Assembly: GCA_022510765.1 (NCBI GenBank)
Contig: JAFLSU010000001.1
Coordinates: forward strand, 70,551-134,550
Reading direction: 5' to 3'
Origin: Christensenellaceae bacterium
GTDB taxonomy: Bacteria; Bacillota; Clostridia; Christensenellales; CAG-138
Length of the DNA: 64,000 bases
This document shows, piece after piece, positions 26,548 to 33,633 of this stretch; positions within the stretch are counted from its first letter, which is position 1, and every line of letters starts with the position of its first letter. The position numbers were made by a program, and so were the translations under genes. The notes below the pieces were generated by a model. That model did no database searches, was not told the DNA's origin, and saw only the letters and a list, made by a program, of their open reading frames with translations.

Positions 26548-27666
26548 ATGTCAAGGAAAGGCGAAAACATTTACAAGCGTAAAGACAACCGCTGGGAGGC
26601 ACGGTATATCAAGGGTTACACAGCGGAAGGAATCATTCGTTATGGCTATTGCTATGCAGCAACGTATCGAGAAGTAAAAGAAAAGGTGACGGCCGCAAAG
26701 GCTGCCTTGATGAATAATCTCACTCCGGAACCAGTGAGCATCAGACGTCGGTTCGGTCTTTACTGCGACGAATGGCTCCGATTGAATCGCAGTCGTGTCA
26801 AGGAATCCACTTATGTCAAGTATATAACGAACATAGAAAATCATATTAAACCAAAGCTCGGCGGGTGCTTTGTGCAGGGGCTTTCTTCACTGATTGTTGA
26901 GGAATTCAGCCATGATTTGCTTTATGAAAAGGAATTATCCCCAAAAACAGTTCGGGACATTTTGATGCTTCTTCATGCTATTCTCAAATATACGCAGAAA
27001 CAGGTGCCGAATATGCCTTTGGTAGAAGTGGTCTATCCAAAGGACATAAAAAAGGAAATGAGGGTATTAAGCCGAGACGAACAAACGCGCTTGGTTCAAT
27101 ATCTGCTTTTAGATATGGACGAATGTAAATTTGGCGTATTGCTTGCGCTGCTGACCGGACTGCGGATAGGTGAAGTATGCGCACTGCGCTGGCGGGATGT
27201 CTCTTTGACAGACAAGCTGATGTGCGTTTCTTCTACTATGCAGCGACTTAAAAATCTCGATGAGAATGCACAGCAAAAAACAAAAATTATCATCAGCAAT
27301 CCAAAAAGCAACACATCTGCCCGACAGATCCCATTGACCGATTATACCGTGAAGCTCTGTAAAGTCTGGGAGGTTCGTGATCCCTCTGCGTTTGTTCTTA
27401 CGGGAGAGACTGACCGCTATATTGAGCCTCGCACATTGCAGTATCGCTTAGAGCGCTATACCAAGGATTGCGATCTTTCCGGTGTCCATTTTCATGTGAT
27501 GCGACACACTTTCGCTACCCGATGTGTTGAGGTTGGTTTTGAAATTAAGTCCCTTTCCGAAATCTTAGGTCACACAAGTCCGAAGTTCACGCTAGAGCGG
27601 TACGTTCATTCTTCTTTGGAGTTGAAGCGTGACAACATGAGCAAGCTGGGGGCTATCGGTTACTGA
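26548..27666 (+). CDS. Tyrosine-type site-specific recombinase/integrase with an N-terminal AP2-like arm-binding domain
   Basis: 372 aa with an AAGGAGG RBS. The N-terminus is ENIYKRKDNRWEARYIKGY...YGYCYAATYREV (Tn916-Int-like arm-binding pattern). The catalytic set is TGLRIGEVCALRW (R), HVMRHTFAT (H-x-x-R) and LGHTSPKFTLERYVH (H...Y). Confidence 0.9.
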   Translation: MSRKGENIYKRKDNRWEARYIKGYTAEGIIRYGYCYAATYREVKEKVTAAKAALMNNLTPEPVSIRRRFGLYCDEWLRLNRSRVKESTYVKYITNIENHIKPKLGGCFVQGLSSLIVEEFSHDLLYEKELSPKTVRDILMLLHAILKYTQKQVPNMPLVEVVYPKDIKKEMRVLSRDEQTRLVQYLLLDMDECKFGVLLALLTGLRIGEVCALRWRDVSLTDKLMCVSSTMQRLKNLDENAQQKTKIIISNPKSNTSARQIPLTDYTVKLCKVWEVRDPSAFVLTGETDRYIEPRTLQYRLERYTKDCDLSGVHFHVMRHTFATRCVEVGFEIKSLSEILGHTSPKFTLERYVHSSLELKRDNMSKLGAIGY

Positions 27667-27742
27667 TTTATCGCCGTCAGATTGCTCCGTCAAAAACATC
27701 GAAAAACTCCTGATTTCAGCAATATTTTCCTTTGCAAATAAT

Positions 27743-27764
27743 AGAGTGAAGAACTCTGCGAAAT
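27743..27764. repeat. Inverted repeat, right arm (AGAGTGAAGAACTCTGCGAAAT)
   Basis: It is the exact reverse complement of 26305-26326. Confidence 0.95.
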
Positions 27765-28047
27765 TAGATATTCACAAAGGTTAGTTTTTAACAGAACTAC
27801 TCAAATTGATGAATATCATGAAGTGGAGCAAGCATGTTGATCTCTCTTGAGGGGAACAACGTGTTTTTCTCTTGTGCCACTTTTTATTTTCCTTTTCGTG
27901 GGTGTTCAAAGCCAAGGGGGCTAACTCTGCCAGCGGGGAGAGTTCATGCACAGGTGGCAGCGTCCTTTTGCTACCCATGGCTAAAAACCAAAAAGCAAGG
28001 CTCTCAGCATTCACTGCGCCAAGAGACTTGTTTACATATTCAACACC

Positions 28048-28334
28048 TTAATCCAGCAGATACAGGTGCAGCAAGTCCTCCCGGCTTTCCTCCCGAAGTC
28101 GTTCCACAGCATACCGAAGCCTTCCTCTGGCGTGGGGATTTCTTCGGCACAAGATATCCGGCGCCATTGCGCCTGTTTCTTTGGGTCTGGACCATTTGGT
28201 CAAGCTATGATGCGTTCTGTTATAATCGTTTTCATTTCCTCAACCGTGATGTTCCTTTCACAGGCCAATTTTTCAAAGATAGTTTCTTGATTTTTTATAT
28301 CAATCACCTCCACAAATAATGATAGTACTCCCAT
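28048..28334 (-). pseudogene. Decayed small MGE-type gene (in-frame TGA plus a frameshift)
   Basis: The minus-strand reading is MGVLSLFVEVIDIKNQETIFEKLACERNITVEEMKTIITERIIA-TGA-PNGPDPKKQAQWRRISCAEEIPTPEE. A frame change is then needed to continue ..RYAVERLREESREDLLHLYLLD. The AW.NPDP...W....PTPEE pattern recalls small Spo0A-C-like proteins of clostridial conjugative elements. That family assignment is from memory only. Confidence 0.35.
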
Positions 28335-28498
28335 TAGCTATTCAAGCCATGACTGCGCTGCCTCGTTATATAACGGATTTCGCATTTGACATGAATAACA
28401 TATTCTCTTTTTGGGTATTATAGTATCTACCGATAAATCCTATTATATCACCTTTTTGGGGATTATGATAGATAAAAATGGGTAGGTTGGAGGTTTAC

Positions 28499-28804
28499 AT
28501 GGATGCTCAAAAGCGAATACGTGAATTGATGGAAGAACGTGGCTGGTCAGGATATAAACTTGCAAAGGAAGCGAACCTTTCGCATTCCACCGTTTCAAAT
28601 ATATTTAACCGAAATAACGCACCGACGTTACCGACCATAGAGGCGGTGTGCAGAGCTTTTGGCTTAACACTGGAGCAGTTTTTCTCGGACGGCGATTGCC
28701 CGACAAAGATGACCGAGGAGCAACGCAATCTATTCGCAATGTGGAGTTCGATGACAGACGAGCAGAAAGAGGCTCTGCTCCACTTGATGAATACTATGAA
28801 ATGA
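28499..28804 (+). CDS. XRE-family helix-turn-helix transcriptional regulator
   Basis: The start is at MDAQKR, 5 nt after GGAGG. The HTH is WSGYKLAKEANLSHSTVSNIFNRNNAPTLPTIEAVCRAFGLTLEQFF. Confidence 0.8.
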   Translation: MDAQKRIRELMEERGWSGYKLAKEANLSHSTVSNIFNRNNAPTLPTIEAVCRAFGLTLEQFFSDGDCPTKMTEEQRNLFAMWSSMTDEQKEALLHLMNTMK

Positions 28805-28882
28805 AAAAGCACGTTGGTTCCACCAATGAACACAGCATGCTTTCAATCCTATATTGGGATAAACGAATTCTCTTCTAGCTTT

Positions 28883-29398
28883 TCAGACTACCTTTTTCGC
28901 CCAAGCTGCAACAGTGCTTTCCGATTTTGAGGCATCAGCACCGTGGACAGCCAGCCCCATGCCAAAGGTCGCACCCGCGCAGAGCTTCTTCAAATCACGC
29001 TCACAGCTTCCGAGACCGCTGCCTTCATGGGTCATAACGGCCATTACCTTTTTGCCGGTGAAATCCAGCTTTTCAAGCTGCGTGAAAATCGCCATCGGGA
29101 AAGTTCCCCACCAGCAAGGACCACATACGAACACGTTGTCATATTCAGCAATGTTGTCCAGATACTTTTTCAGTTTCGGCCTTGCCTGTTCACGCAGCTC
29201 TTTTTTCGCCTCGTCAATGCAAACATAATAATCCTCAGCATAGGGCTTTATTGTGTCAATCTCAAACAGATCGCCGCCGACAGCTTTTTGAATGAACTCA
29301 GCAACAATTTCCGTGTTGCCTTTGGCGATGTTCTTGATACCGCCATTCCAGTAATTCTCACCTTTGCGGGAATAGTAGATGATCAGGTTCTTTTCCAT
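28883..29398 (-). CDS. Flavodoxin-family protein
   Basis: 171 aa. LIIYYSRKGENY.. is a flavodoxin-like FMN phosphate-binding start, and the typical W-rich FMN loop is present (CGPCWWGTFP). Confidence 0.8.
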   Translation of the reverse strand: MEKNLIIYYSRKGENYWNGGIKNIAKGNTEIVAEFIQKAVGGDLFEIDTIKPYAEDYYVCIDEAKKELREQARPKLKKYLDNIAEYDNVFVCGPCWWGTFPMAIFTQLEKLDFTGKKVMAVMTHEGSGLGSCERDLKKLCAGATFGMGLAVHGADASKSESTVAAWAKKVV

Positions 29399-29419
29399 AG
29401 TAAATTCCTCCTTAAATAT

Positions 29420-30172
29420 TTATTGGTTTGCGGCGTCATTCACACATCGTAGGGCGTTCAGGCTTCTCGGATAGCCGATATAGGGCAAACATTGAGAGAT
29501 AATCTTAATCAGAAACGCCTTGTCGTTTCCGATCCTCATATTTGCCGCCGCATGGCTCGTTAGCTGCGGCTCGCAGCCTCCCTGTGCGGCAAGAAAACAA
29601 AAAGTGATCACTTCACGCTGCTTGTAATCAAGTTCGGTGCGGGTGTAGTAGTCGCCAAAGCAGTTATCCGCCAGCCAATAATTGATGTGACGGGACTCGA
29701 TCGGGCCGGACTTCCAAAAGTCACGCATTCCCTCACCGAAGATGTCCACCTGCGCCTGTGTCCCAGCTTCACGGCGATTTTCTGTCGTAGTGGTTGCCTG
29801 TCCCGGAAGGGGCAGTTCGATATTCCGCGCTTGAAATACCTCATTGGTAATCTTCAAAAACGGAAATATCCGACCCATGCCAAGATAGGCTGCTGCCTGA
29901 TAGACGATCTCTTTGATCTCCACCGGCGTCACACCGAAGTTCATTGCTGCAGGTAACATGACACGAAATTCATCGCTTCCCTGACACCCGAGCAGCGTTG
30001 CCAAAATAGCCATAAAGCGTGTTCTGTCATCCAGATCGTCCTGATTTACTACCTCGTCAAAGGCGAAGTTATCAAACCGCTCGATAAACTCCGGGTCAGT
30101 GCGAAGAAAGTCTGACACATATTCGGGAAACATTTTTTCGTGATACTCTTTTGAGTTTTGTGTAATACTCAT
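29420..30172 (-). CDS. Carboxymuconolactone decarboxylase (AhpD-like) family protein, two-domain
   Basis: 250 aa with two CMD-like halves (..DLDDRTRFMAILATLLGCQG.. and ..LDYKQREVITFCFLAAQGGCEPQLTSH..). Confidence 0.8.
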   Translation of the reverse strand: MSITQNSKEYHEKMFPEYVSDFLRTDPEFIERFDNFAFDEVVNQDDLDDRTRFMAILATLLGCQGSDEFRVMLPAAMNFGVTPVEIKEIVYQAAAYLGMGRIFPFLKITNEVFQARNIELPLPGQATTTTENRREAGTQAQVDIFGEGMRDFWKSGPIESRHINYWLADNCFGDYYTRTELDYKQREVITFCFLAAQGGCEPQLTSHAAANMRIGNDKAFLIKIISQCLPYIGYPRSLNALRCVNDAANQ

Positions 30173-30188
30173 TGTAAAACCCTCCGTT

Positions 30189-30752
30189 TTATTCTCCTGT
30201 CATGCTTTCCATTTCGGGGGCATAGTCCACATAGTTGAACTGTATCTGAACAACCTCGATCTGCGGGTATTACGTCAGTATCTGCTCCAGCACATCGGCT
30301 GTATCATGGAAGGAAATGCCGAAATGCTTGAATTTGCCCTCTGCTTTTAATTCCAGAGCAGTTTCATAGGCTTTGCAGCGTTTGAAGAAGGCGAAGTTTT
30401 CAGCATTCTGAGCGTGCATGAGGTAGAAATCAAAATAGTCCACACCGCAGGCCGCAAGCTGCTGCTCAAAAAATGGACGAATATCCTCCTGCTTTTTGAA
30501 AAAGAAATTAGTCAACTTGTCGGTTAAAATGTACTTGTCACGGAAGTAACGGCTTGTCAGGCATTCCCGCAGTGCCGTTTCACTCTTGCCGCCGAGGTAT
30601 CCGTGGGCAGTGTCAAAGTAGTTAAAGCCGTTTTCTATAAATGTGTCCACCATAGCGCACATCTGAGTTTGATCGACCTCGCCGTCCAGCATGGGCAAAC
30701 GCATACAGCCGAAACCGAAATTTTTCTTAACGTCTGTAAAATAGCGATTCAT
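30189..30752 (-). pseudogene. Aldo/keto reductase, truncated (nonsense codon plus 3' deletion)
   Basis: The N-terminal 160 aa are AKR-like (FGFGCMRLP..., FDTAHGYLGGKSE, DFYLMHA). An in-frame TAA at 30270-30272 is followed by 25 more AKR-like codons (YPQIEVVQIQFNYVDY..). The gene then ends, and the C-terminal roughly 150 aa expected for an AKR are missing. Confidence 0.7.
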
Positions 30753-30911
30753 TTTGCGGTTCCTCTCTTTCAATGAGTTGCTTTTATTTCCTCACCTTTT
30801 ACATTATATGGATTCGTCCTTTGCGGAACAATTCGAGTTTCGGGGGTTTCGTATAAGTAAAAGCTAATATGAAAAAAGAGCCTGTGCATAGCAAGCTCTT
30901 TCGGCATAAGT

Positions 30912-31802
30912 TTATTCGGCTTTGTCAAACTGCTCTTTCAATATTTCTGCAAATTCTTCGATATAAAAGCCTGAATTATCAGCTTTCCAAAATGCGCAGT
31001 AGTTTCTCTGGATCGGCTTCCCGTTCTTGCAGAGCGACAGGCGGACAATCGTTTCCGCATATAGTGTGGGAGGAGAACCGCCCTCAATGGGCAGATAACC
31101 TTTTCCTCCAACAACCATTAGTCGCGCTTCCTCAAGATTGTCAGCGAATAAAAATTGGCTTGTGATCCCATAAATTTCACGGTAATAGCTCTGTTCATTT
31201 TCCCGCTGTTCTTTAGAAGCAATCAGTATACAAGGGGTGTGTCGCAGATCACCAACATTCACATATCCCATATTAGCGATTGGGTTCCTTACGGAAATCT
31301 CAATGTTGCAGCCGGTAGTTGTTAGAATGGTATTAACATATTCACTGGAAAAAGCTCTCCGCTGATCATTCAGCACCAAATCTACATTATCCGTCCGAAG
31401 CAGCTCGTATAAATCCTCATGGTTTCCGGTTTTCATATCGACCGGAACATCCGGGTGCTTTGCCGTAAACGCAGCCACTGCTTTCTGAAATTCAGTACCG
31501 CCGTAACCTTTCAGATACCCAATGCGTAAGGTGAAATCATCACCGTGGTCGATCTGTGAGGTTTCCCGACATAGCCTTTCAAAGTCTGCTGTTATAAGCA
31601 GGCTTTGCCGATAAAAATGCTCACCCGCCGGCGTCAGTGAGAAGCGTCGGCTTTTCCGCTTTAGCAGTGTGACGCCAAGCTCCCGTTCTAATACTTGCAC
31701 CTGTTGTGAGATGGCGGACTGTGATATGTAACATTCCTCGGCGGCTTCGCTGAAGCTGTTACACCGAACAACAGCCTGAAAATATTTAATCTGCTTTAGC
31801 AT
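30912..31802 (-). CDS. LysR-family transcriptional regulator
   Basis: 296 aa with an N-terminal wHTH (LKQIKYFQAVVRCNSFSEAAEECYISQSAISQQVQVLERELGVTLL) and a LysR substrate-binding domain. Confidence 0.9.
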   Translation of the reverse strand: MLKQIKYFQAVVRCNSFSEAAEECYISQSAISQQVQVLERELGVTLLKRKSRRFSLTPAGEHFYRQSLLITADFERLCRETSQIDHGDDFTLRIGYLKGYGGTEFQKAVAAFTAKHPDVPVDMKTGNHEDLYELLRTDNVDLVLNDQRRAFSSEYVNTILTTTGCNIEISVRNPIANMGYVNVGDLRHTPCILIASKEQRENEQSYYREIYGITSQFLFADNLEEARLMVVGGKGYLPIEGGSPPTLYAETIVRLSLCKNGKPIQRNYCAFWKADNSGFYIEEFAEILKEQFDKAE

Positions 31803-31901
31803 TAAGATTTTCTCCTTGTGACAGCCTTTTATGTCTTAAATCACTTGGTTTCTTTGCATCACTCGGAATCATCCAGGAACGGCCAAAACGCTGCACACCG
31901 T

Positions 31902-32807
31902 CTATACGATTTTCCTCACATAGTTTTTGAACCCATCGCTCCGATACCAAGTCGGTATTGGGTTTTCCATGTGATTATGCCAAATCAGAATCTCTCTTGC
32001 TTGATCGAGCATGGTATTTATTTCGTTTTCTCCAAATGGTATCGCCCAATAAACGGATGAAAGCGTATTGCTTGAAATATAGAGTGCAAGCAGTTTCCAA
32101 AACTCAATCGGAACATTTCCGTCAAAATAGCCATCGACCATGCCCGAAGCAAACAAGTGGGATCTCTGCGCGCACCATACGATACGATTGAACTCCTCCC
32201 ATGGATCACCGTAATCATTGCGATTGAAGTCGATTATTTGAAGATGTCCGTCTGCATCTATCATCATGTTTCCGATATGGTAATCACCATGCTGATAAAC
32301 CTGCGGGCGATTTTTAATTAAATGTCTGTTTGAATCTATATAGTTTATAAAGGCTTCGCCGCCCTCATACTTTATCGGACATTCATTATACCTCTTGATT
32401 TTGTTATCCATCTTGCGATTGAATCGAATTTCCCAATCCTCCTGAGTTTCGGGCGCAGGTATGGAATGTATTTTCTTGAGGATTTGTCCCGCCTCAATTC
32501 CATAGGAATACTGCTGTGCGGCAGGGAGGAATGGAATAAGTTCTTCAGCGTCTACGCCATCTATCCAGCTCTGAATGGAGTATACGCCCTCGTCCGAAAC
32601 TCCGAATTCTATAGGCTTGCACATCGGAACGCCAAGTTTCGCCACCTCTTTCATCATATTAAATTCAAGCAGTTTGGCATCGTACTCCACGGGTGCCGAT
32701 ATGCACAAAAGGTATTTTACTCCCGTACCATCGGTCACGCAGTACTTCTTATCCTTCGACCAGCCTTTGTTGATAGGCTCCTTCTTAGTAAAGCTCAATT
32801 CACTCAT
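31902..32807 (-). CDS. Phosphotransferase enzyme family protein (APH/choline-kinase fold)
   Basis: The start is at MSELSF (GGGAG RBS). It has the catalytic loop YQHGDYHIGNMMID and the DFN metal-binding motif (IIDFNRNDYGDPWEEF). The substrate cannot be told from the sequence. Confidence 0.75.
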   Translation of the reverse strand: MSELSFTKKEPINKGWSKDKKYCVTDGTGVKYLLCISAPVEYDAKLLEFNMMKEVAKLGVPMCKPIEFGVSDEGVYSIQSWIDGVDAEELIPFLPAAQQYSYGIEAGQILKKIHSIPAPETQEDWEIRFNRKMDNKIKRYNECPIKYEGGEAFINYIDSNRHLIKNRPQVYQHGDYHIGNMMIDADGHLQIIDFNRNDYGDPWEEFNRIVWCAQRSHLFASGMVDGYFDGNVPIEFWKLLALYISSNTLSSVYWAIPFGENEINTMLDQAREILIWHNHMENPIPTWYRSDGFKNYVRKIV

Positions 32808-33000
32808 CCGTTGCTCCCACCTAAGGCGCATATTTGTTATAAATGAACAAATTCATTATAACATGATTGGAATAAATCTGTACAGTATGATTTTCCGCTC
32901 GGCTTCACCCATGGGATACATCGGGTTTAGCTCCGCTTGACAAAATCAAGCGTTTGGGATAACGTTATGAAAACTTTTATTGAGAAAGGCGCTGCATCGC

Positions 33001-33492
33001 ATGTTAATAAGAAAGGCACGGCCGGATGACTTACCCCAAGTTCTTCGGATTTACGACCATGCAAGGCGGTTTATGGCGGCAAACGGCAATCCCCGCCAAT
33101 GGGGCGATTCCTATCCTTCTGCGGAGCTGACTGAGCAGGATATTTTGGCAGGACGCTGCTATGTTGGGATCGGCGGAAACGGAACGCCCTGCTGTGCTTT
33201 TGTATTTATAATTGGAAACGATCCTACATATGCACTAATATATAATGGTGAATGGGTCAACGATCTCCCCTACGGTACCATCCACCGCCTTGCAAGCGAT
33301 GGCTCGCAGCGCGGCGTTTTCGCCGAATGTCTTGCCTTCTGTCTGCGGCTCATAAGCAATATCAGAGCCGATACCCATGAGGATAATCGTATTATGCAAA
33401 AGCTACTTGAAAAGCACGGCTTCGTCCGCTGCGGAAACATCATCGTCGCCAACGGAAGCTGTCGCATCGCTTATCAGCTTGTTTCGGGCTGA
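33001..33492 (+). CDS. GNAT-family N-acetyltransferase
   Basis: About 163 aa. MLIRKARPDDLPQVLRIY is followed by a CoA-binding-type segment (HRLASDGSQRGVF) and a C-terminal LEKHGFVRCG. Confidence 0.8.
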   Translation: MLIRKARPDDLPQVLRIYDHARRFMAANGNPRQWGDSYPSAELTEQDILAGRCYVGIGGNGTPCCAFVFIIGNDPTYALIYNGEWVNDLPYGTIHRLASDGSQRGVFAECLAFCLRLISNIRADTHEDNRIMQKLLEKHGFVRCGNIIVANGSCRIAYQLVSG

Positions 33493-33547
33493 ACACAATA
33501 TAATGTGATTATCCCTATTGCATAGACACAGTATGTTGTGGTATAAT
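33493..33547 (+). promoter_or_regulatory. nrdD promoter with two candidate NrdR boxes
   Basis: Box 1 is ACACAATATAATGTGA (33493-33508) and box 2 is ACACAGTATGTTGTGG (33526-33541). Both resemble the 16-bp NrdR palindrome acaCwAtATaTwGtgt, and their centres are 33 bp apart. TTGCAT (33518-33523) is followed by an 18-nt spacer and TATAAT (33542-33547). Box 2 overlaps the spacer. Confidence 0.5.
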
Positions 33548-33633
33548 ATGTTTGCATCCGAATTTGAGCCTGCTCGATCGGGTTCGGAATCGGATATATT
33601 TTAACATTTACACATACCTGCGGAGGAATATAT

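Larger units (their letters stand above)
26305..27764. other. Candidate invertible DNA segment (1,460 bp) carrying its own tyrosine recombinase and a promoter
   Basis: Perfect 22-bp inverted repeats sit at both ends. No direct target-site duplication is visible outside them (..GGCAGAAT| versus |TAGATATT..). The recombinase gene and the outward promoter lie inside. Confidence 0.5.
18565..28334. mobile_element. Putative tRNA-Ser-associated genomic island (right boundary uncertain, may extend to about 33.5 kb)
   Basis: The tRNA 3' end is duplicated. The content is accessory: a methyltransferase, Zn-ribbon/AP2 proteins, an adhesin, a tyrosine recombinase, a decayed MGE gene and an XRE regulator. 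The region is visibly AT-richer with different codon usage. Core genes resume at nrdD. Confidence 0.4.

Noticed and set aside
26305-27764. An alternative reading of the IR-flanked recombinase unit as an insertion sequence or transposon with terminal inverted repeats.
   Set aside because: I have not fully excluded this, but it is the less favoured reading for four reasons:
- There is no direct target-site duplication outside the arms.
- The enzyme is a phage/ICE-type tyrosine recombinase rather than a DDE transposase.
- The unit occurs only once in the window.
- A consensus promoter sits exactly at the edge facing a surface-protein gene, which is the hallmark of an inversion switch.

The transposon alternative is kept as the refutation criterion of that finding.
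27781-28319. ORFs at 27781-28014 (minus, 77 aa), 27834-28319 (plus, 161 aa) and 28066-28290 (plus, 74 aa), to the right of the inverton.
   Set aside because: They have no RBS or recognisable motif and they overlap one another. The plus-strand ORFs lie antisense to the decayed MGE gene, which gives a much more protein-like translation. I treat the region as degenerate remnant DNA.
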